Source: Thermoplasmatota archaeon
GTDB lineage: Archaea; Thermoplasmatota; E2; JACPAO01; JAHFTW01
Direction: 5' to 3'
Assembly: GCA_035526765.1 (NCBI GenBank)
Contig: DATLBS010000030.1
Coordinates: forward strand, 191,153-255,152
Length of the DNA: 64,000 nucleotides
Part shown: positions 43,843-52,358 of the stretch, one piece after another
Layout: each line of letters starts with the position of its first letter
Position numbering within the stretch: the stretch's first letter is position 1
The notes under the pieces: model-generated
Database searches by the model: none
Told to the model about the DNA's origin: nothing
The model's input: only the letters and a program-made list of their open reading frames with translations
Position numbers and translations under genes: made by a program

Positions 43843-44082
43843 TCAAGGCGCGGCCCCGTACTGCTGCTCGATGTGGCGGCAGATCTCGGCGAGGTCGTTG
43901 GAGAGGAAGGGGCCGTCCTGCAGGACCGGGACGGACTGGCTGCCGAACTTGGCGCGGACGAGGGACTTGTCGCCCACGGGCAGGGTGACGGCCTCGAAGG
44001 GGACCTGGTACTGCCGGAGCAGGCGGCGCACGCGGCCGCACTCATGGCATTCCGCGAACTGGTACAGGGTCGGGGTGGCCAT
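43843..44082 (-). CDS. Glutaredoxin-like protein (CxxC)
   Basis: MATPTLYQFAECHECGRVRRLL…VPVLQDG has the Grx fold pattern. 79 aa. Sits 10 nt upstream of asnB. Confidence 0.75.
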   Translation of the reverse strand: MATPTLYQFAECHECGRVRRLLRQYQVPFEAVTLPVGDKSLVRAKFGSQSVPVLQDGPFLSNDLAEICRHIEQQYGAAP

Positions 44083-44144
44083 GGGGCCGCGAGGAAAGCG
44101 CGCGTTGATAAGGTGCCGGGTGGGGGGCTCCGACGCTCCTTGGT

Positions 44145-44816
44145 TCAGGAGTGGACGGTCCAGGAGTCGACGACCCAGGTGGCGCGGCTGGCCGTGGGCT
44201 CGACGTGCCCTTCGCATTCGAGGCGGCCCCGGTAGTGGGGCGCGGCGACCACGAGCGTCTCGTATTCCCCTCCCTCCCCCGCGACGTGGGGGCGGGCCGG
44301 GTGGCGTTGCATGGCGGCGACCTTTGCCTGGTCGAGGCGCAGGCCTACCCAGTCGTTGGGGACGCCCTCGGCGGCGGTGCGGCTGAACCGGATGTCGTAG
44401 CCGGCCGCCAAGAGCGACCCCAGGTAGGTGGCCGGCTCCTTGTGCCAGAGGGGCGCGAACGTCTTCAGCCCAAGCCGGTGGCCGATGGCATCCAGCCGGG
44501 TCTTCTGGTACTCGCTGGCCAGGGCACCGCTGACGAGGGCGTCCAGCCTCAGGTCGCGCTGGGCCGTGGCAAGGGCTGCTTCCAGGTCGGCGACCTCCCC
44601 CTCCGCCCCGGCGCGGCAGGGCGCCTCAAGCAGCGGGAAGCCCAGGCACTGCGCCACGCCGCGCACCACGCCGAGGTTCGGGGTGTGGAACATCCAGGCG
44701 TCGTCCTGCGCAGGGACCATCGTGAGGCCAGCCACCACCTCCCAACCGAAGCCTTGGGCGACCTCGACGGCGGCCACAGAATCCTTGCCGCCCGAAAGCA
44801 GGGCAATGACTCGCAT
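44145..44816 (-). CDS. PP-loop ATPase of the MJ0570/Dph6 family (diphthine-ammonia ligase-like)
   Basis: MRVIALLSGGKDS… N-terminal PP-loop and the family-typical 220-aa length. Confidence 0.75.
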   Translation of the reverse strand: MRVIALLSGGKDSVAAVEVAQGFGWEVVAGLTMVPAQDDAWMFHTPNLGVVRGVAQCLGFPLLEAPCRAGAEGEVADLEAALATAQRDLRLDALVSGALASEYQKTRLDAIGHRLGLKTFAPLWHKEPATYLGSLLAAGYDIRFSRTAAEGVPNDWVGLRLDQAKVAAMQRHPARPHVAGEGGEYETLVVAAPHYRGRLECEGHVEPTASRATWVVDSWTVHS

Positions 44817-44902
44817 CTATTGGCCTCGCACCGGACAGGGATTTCGGGGATTCCGGGGAACCATGGTTGCCCCCGACTCCGTGAGCCCGGTCTGGTCGCG
44901 CG

Positions 44903-45700
44903 TCATGGCAGGTCGGCGAGATCTTCCAGCTGCGTGTCGCGCAGCGTGGGCCGGAACTCGCGCGCCGGCACGAGGTCGTCGGGGTCCAGCTCGACGACGA
45001 GGCGTCCTGCCTCCATCGGCTCGAGGCGGCCGAGGCGGTCGCCGCGCGGACCGTACGCCTGCGCGCCGCCCCAGAAGACGATGCCGTCCTGGGCGCCGAC
45101 GAGGTTCGTGTACGCGCTGAAGCACGCGTTCTCGATGGCGCGCGCGGGGAGCAGGGCCTCGAAGAAGCGCTGGCTCGTCGTGGGGCTTGCGCTGATGTTC
45201 AGCAGGAGGTCGGCGCCCGCGAGGGCCTGGCGGCGGTTGGCCTCCGGGAAGAACAGGTCGTAGCAGATGTTGATGCCGAGGTCGCCCAGCTCGGTCTGCC
45301 ACACGGGCGATTCCCTGCCGGGCTTGAAGAACAGGGATTCCTGGAAGGTGGTGAAGGTGGCCAGGGAACGCTTGTCGTAGGCCGTCGTCGTGCCGTCGGG
45401 GGTGATGAGGAACGCGGAATTGTGCGTGATGCCGGCGCGCGGGGTGCGCGGACCTCCCACCACGACGTGCGCCTTGGCCTTCCCTGCTGCCTTCCGGATG
45501 GGCTCCAGCCTCGGGTCGTCGAGGCGGAGTGCCAGGCGTTGCGCGTCGTCGCCGATCGCGTAGCCGGTGAGGAACATCTCGGGGAACACGACAAGGTCGG
45601 CATTCCGCGCAAGCACGGCCTTGGCGACGGTCGCCACGTTGGCCTCCACGGCCCCGAGCCTGGGGGCAGCCGCGTGCAGGGCCAGCCGGATGCGGTCCAC
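44903..45700 (-). CDS. Carbon-nitrogen hydrolase (nitrilase superfamily)
   Basis: …LVVFPEMFLTGY… catalytic Glu, …KRSLATF… Lys, …NICYDLFFPE… Cys. GTG start. Divergent from nadE. Confidence 0.85.
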   Translation of the reverse strand: MDRIRLALHAAAPRLGAVEANVATVAKAVLARNADLVVFPEMFLTGYAIGDDAQRLALRLDDPRLEPIRKAAGKAKAHVVVGGPRTPRAGITHNSAFLITPDGTTTAYDKRSLATFTTFQESLFFKPGRESPVWQTELGDLGINICYDLFFPEANRRQALAGADLLLNISASPTTSQRFFEALLPARAIENACFSAYTNLVGAQDGIVFWGGAQAYGPRGDRLGRLEPMEAGRLVVELDPDDLVPAREFRPTLRDTQLEDLADLP

Positions 45701-45714
45701 AAGGTCGCCTTCAA

Positions 45715-46575
45715 GTGGCTCGCCTACTTGGGGGTGTCGTGGCGGACGCGCATGGGGCCCTGCCCGTGGACGGCCCGGCGCGCTGGGAGCAGTCGATCGT
45801 CGCGTTCTTGCAGCGGCACGTCGAGTCCGCGCACGCCAAGGGGCTCGTGGTCGGGGTGTCCGGCGGCCTGGATTCCGCGGTGGTGGCGGCCCTGGCGGTG
45901 CGCGCCCTGGGCAAGGGGAAGGTCCTGGCCGTCATGCTTCCTGCGCCCGACTCGAACAAGCAGGACAAGCAGCACGCCCTTCTGGGCTGCAAGACCCTTG
46001 GCCTCAAGCCGCTGGAGCATGGCGTCGGCCCCATCGTCGAGGGCCTCGAGAAGACCCTGGGCTACACGCCGGAGGCGCGCGTCCGGGGCAACGCCAAGGC
46101 GCGGGCGCGCATGCTGATCCTGTACGCCGAGGCGCAGAAGCGCGAGTACCTCGTCTGCGGCACCGGCAACAAGTCGGAGATCCTCACGGGCTACTTCACG
46201 AAGTACGGCGACGGGGGCGTCGACGTCAACCCCATCGGCGACCTGTACAAGACGCAGGTGCGGCAGTTGGCGCGCCACCTCGGCGTGCCGAAGCCCATCA
46301 TCGGGAAACCGCCCAGCGCGGGCCTGTACGCCGGGCAGACCGACGAAGGGGACATGGGCCTCACGTACGAGGAGCTGGACGCGGTGCTGCGCGGCATGGA
46401 GCTGAACCTGTCCCTCGACGTCATCGCCCGCCGCACGGGTCTGCCGCGCAAGAAGGTGGAGAAGGTGGAGGGGATGGTGCGGCGCACGGAGCACAAGCGC
46501 CGGATGCCCCTCATCCCGAAGATCGGGGTGCGCACGGTGGGCATCGACTGGCGCCGGTCGGTGCACTGGGACTGA
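45715..46575 (+). CDS. nadE: NH3-dependent NAD+ synthetase
   Basis: …VVGVSGGLDSAVVAAL… PP-loop, …YGDGG…IGDLYKTQV… NadE motifs. GTG start. Confidence 0.9.
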   Translation: MARLLGGVVADAHGALPVDGPARWEQSIVAFLQRHVESAHAKGLVVGVSGGLDSAVVAALAVRALGKGKVLAVMLPAPDSNKQDKQHALLGCKTLGLKPLEHGVGPIVEGLEKTLGYTPEARVRGNAKARARMLILYAEAQKREYLVCGTGNKSEILTGYFTKYGDGGVDVNPIGDLYKTQVRQLARHLGVPKPIIGKPPSAGLYAGQTDEGDMGLTYEELDAVLRGMELNLSLDVIARRTGLPRKKVEKVEGMVRRTEHKRRMPLIPKIGVRTVGIDWRRSVHWD

Positions 46576-46596
46576 AGCCGAGTTCGGCGCCCACCT

Positions 46597-46662
46597 AACC
46601 ACAGATTTCACAGATGACACAGATCGTGGTTGGTTCTGTGAAATCTGTGCAATCTGTGGTTC
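46597..46662. repeat. Inverted array: 3 x CACAGAT (9-bp period) facing 3 x ATCTGTG, forming an imperfect hairpin of about 28 bp between convergent genes
   Basis: aaCCACAGATttCACAGATgaCACAGATcgtggttggttCTGTGaaATCTGTGcaATCTGTGgtt. Locally AT-rich. Confidence 0.8.
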
Positions 46663-46695
46663 GTTGGGTCGCGAACCCCCGCGGCCAGGCTTCCG

Positions 46696-47592
46696 TCACA
46701 CGAATTTGAAGTCCTGCGGCGCCGGGTCGACATAGAAGGTCGTCACGTACAGGTCGAACTCGATGTTCTGGCCCGCCCCGACGCCCAGGAAGCAGTTGAA
46801 CGTCTCCGAGGGGTCGCACACTTCGCCGTAGCCTAGCCCCTCGGGATACACGTCCATCACGAAGACGGTCGTGTTGGCGGGGACCGCGGAGGTGCCATCC
46901 CGGTACGTCTGGCCGGGCTCGATGCGGAACTGGAAGGGGGCGCTGCCGTCGAAGCGGCCGTACTGCTCGTAGGAGGCAAGAGCATCGTCGTCCTGGCCGC
47001 CCCGCACGGTGACATGCAATCCCTGCAGCGCCGGCGAGGCGTCCGGGTCGAACACGAGGTCGGCGAGGACCGTCCTCCACGCGTTCTGCACGGGGAACAC
47101 CGCGCTCGTGTTGGAGGGGAAGATCATGGGGCCGCCCACGCGCGGGTCGGTGAGGAGGGTGTCGCAACTGGGCGTGATGATGAGGGCCTCGAGGGCACAC
47201 TCCATGAAGCCATGGAAGTGGAGCGTCTGGTTGTAGGGGACCAGGCCGGGCAGCGCCTCCAGCACGATGCGGACCTCGTCGGCGGCCATCTCGGGCGAGA
47301 CCGTGAGAAGCTGCGTGCGGAAGCCAAAGGAGGAGACGCGCAGGCCGTGGACGCCGGGAGCAAGGTCGTCGAACCGGAAGACGCCATCCTCGGTGGCCTG
47401 CGTCTCGTTGGTCTCGACCAGCGTGACGTTGGCGGAGAGCGGCCGGAGCCCCTCGTCCACCACGACGCCATGGATGTCCAGCCGGCTTGCCAGCAGGTCC
47501 GTGGTGGTCTGGCTGGCCTCGGGACCCGGGGCGTGGGCACATCCGGCCAGCAGCAGCGCCACGGCGAGGGGGCAGGCCAGGCCGGGGCGCAT
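46696..47592 (-). CDS. Lipoprotein with a carboxypeptidase-regulatory-like (CarbopepD_reg) beta-sandwich domain
   Basis: Lipobox LLLAGC. …IHGVVVDEGLRPLSANVTLVE…DGVFRFDDLAPGVHGLRVSSFGF…. Five sequons. Confidence 0.55.
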   Translation of the reverse strand: MRPGLACPLAVALLLAGCAHAPGPEASQTTTDLLASRLDIHGVVVDEGLRPLSANVTLVETNETQATEDGVFRFDDLAPGVHGLRVSSFGFRTQLLTVSPEMAADEVRIVLEALPGLVPYNQTLHFHGFMECALEALIITPSCDTLLTDPRVGGPMIFPSNTSAVFPVQNAWRTVLADLVFDPDASPALQGLHVTVRGGQDDDALASYEQYGRFDGSAPFQFRIEPGQTYRDGTSAVPANTTVFVMDVYPEGLGYGEVCDPSETFNCFLGVGAGQNIEFDLYVTTFYVDPAPQDFKFV

Positions 47593-47676
47593 GGACGCGC
47601 GAACGCGGCATCTACAAAAGCGCTGGGCCGGCCCCAGGGTGGACATGTCGCGTCGTTCGGAGAGGTGGCCATTGAC

Positions 47677-48828
47677 ATGGAAACACGGGAAAGAGGAAGA
47701 ACCTGGCCCGCGTGGGCCAGGCCACGCATGCTGGAGGTCGCAGGCCGTCGCCTCAAGGAGCCCCTCGTGCTGTCACCGATGGTCGACGTCACGGACGCGG
47801 CCTTCCGCAGCATCGCCACCGAGTGGGGGGCCGACGTCACCTGCAGCGAGATGGTGGCGGCAACAGGGCTTGTGCACGACAACGCCGCCGCGTGGGCGCA
47901 CCTGCAGCCGTGGCCCGGCGAGTCGCCCTACGGCGTGCAGTTCATGTGCGGGAACCCCGAGGAGATGGGACAGGCCGTCCGGCACATGGCCACGCGCGTC
48001 AAGCCCGACTTCGTGGACGTGAACCTCGGCTGCCCCGCCCCCAACATCCTGCGGTCGTGCGCCGGCGGGTTCCTCATGAAGGACCCCAGGCAGGCAGGCC
48101 GCGTCATCCGCGCCGCCAAGGAGGCCGCCGACGAGGCTGGCATCCCCCACGTCTCCGCCAAGATGCGGCTGGGGCCCGATTCGCGCCATCTCACCTACCT
48201 GGAGGTCGCGGAGGAGGCGCGTGCCGCCGGCGCCAGCTGGGTGACCTTGCATGCCCGCACGGTGGAGCAGGGCTACGCGGGCGAGGCGGACTGGAGCCAC
48301 ATCGCGCGGCTCGTGGAGGCCGTCCAGCTGCCCGTCATCGGCAACGGCGACCTCTGGAGCGCGGAGGCTGTCGTCCGCATGCGGGACGAGACGCATTGCG
48401 CGGGCTTCTTCATCGCCCGCGCCGCCATGCGGGACCCCACCATCTTCCGCCGCATGCGGGCCGCCCTCGACGGGTCAGCGCCGGAGGGCACGGGGCCGGG
48501 CGGCGCCGCGGGCCTATCCCCCGCTCCCGCTGCGGGGCCGTCGATGGCGGAGCGCCTGGAGACGCTGCAGGAGTACCTCCGCCGTGCCCAGGCCGTCGGC
48601 ATCACGCGCCTGCCTGACCTGCAGCGCCAGGCCACGCGCTTCGTCGCGGGCGGTCCGGGGGCGCGCCGGCTGCGCGCTGCCTTCGCGCAGGCGCGGTCGC
48701 TAGAGGCGCTGCGCGGCCTGGTGGCCGCGGCGCAGGCGACGGCGACGCTGGCCCCGGGGTCACTCGAAGTTGCGGCGCTGCACGACCAGGCAGCTGAGGG
48801 CGAAGAACACGACCGTGTACGCGAGTAG
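47677..48828 (+). CDS. dus: tRNA-dihydrouridine synthase
   Basis: …LSPMVDVTDAAFR… and …VNLGCPAPNILRSCAGGFLMKDP… match the Dus TIM-barrel motifs. Alternative start at 47728. The 3' end overlaps the convergent permease by 69 nt. Confidence 0.8.
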   Translation: METRERGRTWPAWARPRMLEVAGRRLKEPLVLSPMVDVTDAAFRSIATEWGADVTCSEMVAATGLVHDNAAAWAHLQPWPGESPYGVQFMCGNPEEMGQAVRHMATRVKPDFVDVNLGCPAPNILRSCAGGFLMKDPRQAGRVIRAAKEAADEAGIPHVSAKMRLGPDSRHLTYLEVAEEARAAGASWVTLHARTVEQGYAGEADWSHIARLVEAVQLPVIGNGDLWSAEAVVRMRDETHCAGFFIARAAMRDPTIFRRMRAALDGSAPEGTGPGGAAGLSPAPAAGPSMAERLETLQEYLRRAQAVGITRLPDLQRQATRFVAGGPGARRLRAAFAQARSLEALRGLVAAAQATATLAPGSLEVAALHDQAAEGEEHDRVRE

Positions 48829-49887
48829 GGCCAGGGCGGCCGTGCCCACGTCCTTGGCTGCGACCCCGACGGGATTGATGAACTCCAGGATCTCCTGCAC
48901 GTCGCTCACCTCGCTGCTGAGGGAGGACGGGATCAGCAGGCGGGCTCCTGCCTGCATGTCGGAGGCGGGGTTGAAGTAGCGCCAGGCGTCGATGGTGCCG
49001 GACTGGAAGTTCGGCGGGTTCTTGCTCAGCTCGATGAAGGTGCCGGTCGCCCCCAGGATGGGGAACACCAGCAGCCAGAGGCTGAGGATCAGCAGCAGGC
49101 TCAGCACCGTGGAGCGCGTCAGCGTCGAGAAGAACAGGCTGATGGCGCAGAACGCCGCCGACCCGAGGATGATCATGCCCAGCATCCCAAAGAAGCCGCG
49201 CACCTCCTCGCCACTGGGGGAGCCCTCGTAGAACGGCTGCATGAGGACGTACGTCACCACGAAGAGGGTCACGAGGGTCGCCGTGATCGTGAACAGGTTG
49301 CCGAGGAACTTGCCCGTCACGAAGGCGATGCGGGTCACCGGCTTGGACAGCAGCAGGAAGATGGTGCGGTTCGACCACTCCGAGCATACGGCGTCGGACG
49401 TGAGCACGATGGACAGCAGCTGCGTGAACTGGAGGCCGCCGATGAAGCCGACGCCGAAGTAGAAGGTCAGGATGACGTGCTCGCGCGAGATGACGCCGCC
49501 AGTGGGGAAGTTCTTCGCCACGTTGGGCCCGAACACGAGCGTCACCATCACCAGGAACGCCATGAGGACGCCGCCGATGATCAGCAGCCGCTTCGTGCGG
49601 ATGTGCTGCATGAACTCCTTGCGCGCCACCTGCAGGACGGCGTTGGTGAAGGCCTGCAGTGGGGTTGCCTGGGGCCCAAGGGCGCGAGGGGCGCCGGTGG
49701 GCCGGGCCGCCGCGGCTGGCAGCGCCGGGGGTGGGGCCGGGGCCGGGAGCAGCCTGCTGGTGTAGGCGGGAGGGGTCGCAGGCGTGGCGGGGACGGGTGC
49801 GGGGGTGGGCTTTGCGAGCGCGGGGCGGGCGGGGCGGGCGCTCGCCTTGGCGGGGGCCCGGGCGGCCTTCTTCGGTGCCGCGGCCAT
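48760..49887 (-). CDS. ABC-2 family transporter permease with an 80-aa Ala/Pro/Lys-rich N-terminal tail
   Basis: MAAAPKKAARAPAKASARPARPALAKPTPAPVPA…, then 6 TM helices. The ATG overlaps the ATPase stop (TGATG). Confidence 0.75.
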   Translation of the reverse strand: MAAAPKKAARAPAKASARPARPALAKPTPAPVPATPATPPAYTSRLLPAPAPPPALPAAAARPTGAPRALGPQATPLQAFTNAVLQVARKEFMQHIRTKRLLIIGGVLMAFLVMVTLVFGPNVAKNFPTGGVISREHVILTFYFGVGFIGGLQFTQLLSIVLTSDAVCSEWSNRTIFLLLSKPVTRIAFVTGKFLGNLFTITATLVTLFVVTYVLMQPFYEGSPSGEEVRGFFGMLGMIILGSAAFCAISLFFSTLTRSTVLSLLLILSLWLLVFPILGATGTFIELSKNPPNFQSGTIDAWRYFNPASDMQAGARLLIPSSLSSEVSDVQEILEFINPVGVAAKDVGTAALALLAYTVVFFALSCLVVQRRNFE

Positions 49888-50816
49888 CACTTCCTCTCCT
49901 CCTGGGTGAGCTCGAGGAACGCGTTCTCGAGCGTGGCCGAGGTCGCCGTCACGGCGGCCACCTGGGCGCCGGCCCCGCTCATCGCGGCCACGACCTCCCC
50001 GGTGAGGGCCTCGTCCGCCTCGAAGGACACGGTCTGCCCCTCCAGCGTGGGCTTGCTGCCCAGGACCTTGGCGGCGGCCGCCAGGATCTTCGGGTTGGGG
50101 TTCAGAACGCGCACCTGCACGGTGCCGCCCTTCTTGGCGGCCTGGCGCTGCAGCTCCGCCACGGAGGCCACGACGGCCAGCTCGCCGCGGCGCAGGATGG
50201 CCACGCGGTGGCAGGTCTGCTCGACCTCGTTGAGGAGGTGGCTGTTGAGGAACACGGTGGTGCCGTCCTTGGCGAGGCCCTTGATGAGCTCGCGCAGCTC
50301 GAAGGCGCCCTTGGGGTCGAGGCCATTGGTGGGCTCGTCGAAGAGGATGAGCTCGGGCTCGTGCAGGATGGCCTGCGCGATGCAGATGCGCTGCTTCATC
50401 CCGTGCGAGTAGGCCTTGACGCGGGAGTCGGCGCGCTCCTGCATCCGGACGAGGTCGAGGACCGCCTCGATGCGGTCGCTGCGGCGGGTGCGGGACATGC
50501 CCAGCAGGCGGCCGTAGAAGTCGAGGTGCTGGCGGCCCGTGAGGTTGCTGTAGAAGTCGTACTGGTCCGGCACGAGCCCTACGTGGTAGGCGGCCTGCTC
50601 GGGGTGGCGCAGGGCGTCGATGCCGACGACGCTGACCTCGCCGGCGTTGGGGCGCACGAACCCGGTGACGCACTTGGTGAACGTGGTCTTGCCCGCCCCG
50701 TTGGGGCCAAGGAAGCCGAAGACCTCGCCGCGATGGACCTCGAGGTCGATCCCCCGGAGGGCCTGGACCTCGCCGTAGCGCTTCCGGAGTCCGCGTGTCT
50801 GCAGCACGGCTTGCAT
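49887..50816 (-). CDS. ABC transporter ATP-binding protein
   Basis: Walker A GPNGAGKTT, Q-loop, signature YSHGMKQRI, Walker B LILFDEPTNGLD. Start MQAVLQTRGLRKRYG. Confidence 0.85.
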   Translation of the reverse strand: MQAVLQTRGLRKRYGEVQALRGIDLEVHRGEVFGFLGPNGAGKTTFTKCVTGFVRPNAGEVSVVGIDALRHPEQAAYHVGLVPDQYDFYSNLTGRQHLDFYGRLLGMSRTRRSDRIEAVLDLVRMQERADSRVKAYSHGMKQRICIAQAILHEPELILFDEPTNGLDPKGAFELRELIKGLAKDGTTVFLNSHLLNEVEQTCHRVAILRRGELAVVASVAELQRQAAKKGGTVQVRVLNPNPKILAAAAKVLGSKPTLEGQTVSFEADEALTGEVVAAMSGAGAQVAAVTATSATLENAFLELTQEERK

Positions 50817-50963
50817 CGCGGCGCCAACCGATGGGGGATTAAAGGACCGATTGGAGGGGCCCTTGGATTGTAGGGTGGTCCGCGAAACGTCGCGGCGCAA
50901 GGACAGGCCATGGCGCAAGGACCCTACGTCGGCGGGAGGACCCCCTGACTTCTTCGCATCCCC

Positions 50964-52286
50964 ATGGTTGCCACGACCCACCCGATGCTCCTGGCTTTCG
51001 ACGACACGGACGGGCCCGACGGCGGCTGCACGACGCACCTTGCCTTCCAGGTCCTGCTCGCGTTGCCGGGGCTGGCGCTGTCCGGGCTCCCGCGCCTCGT
51101 GCGCCTCAACCCGAACGTGCCGTGGAAGACGCGCGGCAACGGCGCCGTCGTCCTGCCCCTGGCGCGGCCGGAGGGCCCCAGCGCCCGGGTGGGCGAGCTC
51201 CGTGGGCGCGAGGTGCATGCGTTCCCGGACGGCCCCCGTCCAGCCCCCTCCCAGGCCGCAGGCATCCTCGACCGCGTCTGGGAGGTCCTCGAGGCCGAGG
51301 CGCAGCAGGACGCCGAGCCCGGCGTCGCCCTCTTCGCGCAGCCGCCGCCCGCCGCCGCGTACTGGCAGGCCGTGCGCACGCGCGTGCACGCCGACGATGC
51401 CGCGACGGCCTTGGGCAGCCTGGGCGCGCCCCACCGGGCCGCGGAATCCCGCCGCGCGCTGGCAGGGTGCCTCGGCGCCGCGGCGTGGCCGGGCCCGCCG
51501 GCCAGCTTCGAGTTCATCGCGTACCGCCACCCCAGCAAGTGGGGGACCGAGCGCGCCGTGCACGAGGAGCCGTTGCGCAGCCTCGACCCGACCGGCGCCA
51601 CGTTCCACACGTTCGACGCGGAGAGCGGCCGCCTCGCCTGCCTCCCGCACACCCCGGACCCTGTCCTGCTTGGATTGCGGGGGCGGGACCCTGAGGCGCT
51701 GGTGGCGGCGGCCACGCGCACGCTGCCCTTCGTGGTGCAGGAGCCCATCGATGGATGGCTGCTCTGGGCCACGAACCATGCCTCGGGGGACCACGTCTCC
51801 CCCGTCGCCTCGCTTGCGGAGGCGCCTGGGTGGGCCAGCGTGCAGGTGGCGGCGACCGTGGCTGGCTTGCCGGAATCAAGGCGTGGCGGCCACGTGTTCG
51901 TGCCCTTGCGCGATGCGGCGGGAGCGTCCTTCGAGGCGGCGGCCTTCGAGCCGACGCACGGGTTCCGCGAAGCCGTGCGCGCCCTTCGCCCGGGGGACGG
52001 CGTGGAGGTGGTGGGCTCCCTCAACGAAGGTGTGGTGAACCTGGAGAAGCTCCACGTCAGGTCGCTGGCCACGTGGGGGAGGAGGGAGAACCCGAAGTGC
52101 CCCGCGTGCGGGGGCAGCATGCCCAGCCTTGGAAAGGACGCCGGCCACCGCTGCAGGAAGTGCGGGGCGAAGGCGCCCCCCGGCGCGGGAGGCCTCGTGC
52201 CGGAGGAACGGACCGTCACGCCCGGATGGCACGAGGTGCCCGTGATGGCGCGGCGGCACCTGCACCGGCCCCTCGGTTGGGGATAG
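50964..52286 (+). CDS. tiaS: tRNA(Ile2) 2-agmatinylcytidine synthetase TiaS
   Basis: MLLAFDDTDGPDGGCTTHLA carries the TiaS DDTD/CTT kinase-like motif. C-terminal zinc ribbon CPACGG…CRKCG. 440 aa. Alternative ATG at 50985. Confidence 0.8.
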   Translation: MVATTHPMLLAFDDTDGPDGGCTTHLAFQVLLALPGLALSGLPRLVRLNPNVPWKTRGNGAVVLPLARPEGPSARVGELRGREVHAFPDGPRPAPSQAAGILDRVWEVLEAEAQQDAEPGVALFAQPPPAAAYWQAVRTRVHADDAATALGSLGAPHRAAESRRALAGCLGAAAWPGPPASFEFIAYRHPSKWGTERAVHEEPLRSLDPTGATFHTFDAESGRLACLPHTPDPVLLGLRGRDPEALVAAATRTLPFVVQEPIDGWLLWATNHASGDHVSPVASLAEAPGWASVQVAATVAGLPESRRGGHVFVPLRDAAGASFEAAAFEPTHGFREAVRALRPGDGVEVVGSLNEGVVNLEKLHVRSLATWGRRENPKCPACGGSMPSLGKDAGHRCRKCGAKAPPGAGGLVPEERTVTPGWHEVPVMARRHLHRPLGWG

Positions 52287-52358
52287 GATGGCCCGATCTG
52301 GCGAGCGGAGGCGCCCCAAGGTGGCAGCGGAGCGTCGGGTCCGGCCGCGGGCTTTTGG

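Noticed and set aside
46595-47611. 338-aa minus ORF overlapping the lipoprotein gene in another frame
   Set aside because: It is Arg/Pro-rich. The 46696-47592 frame has a lipobox, a CarbopepD_reg-like domain and N-glycosylation sequons.
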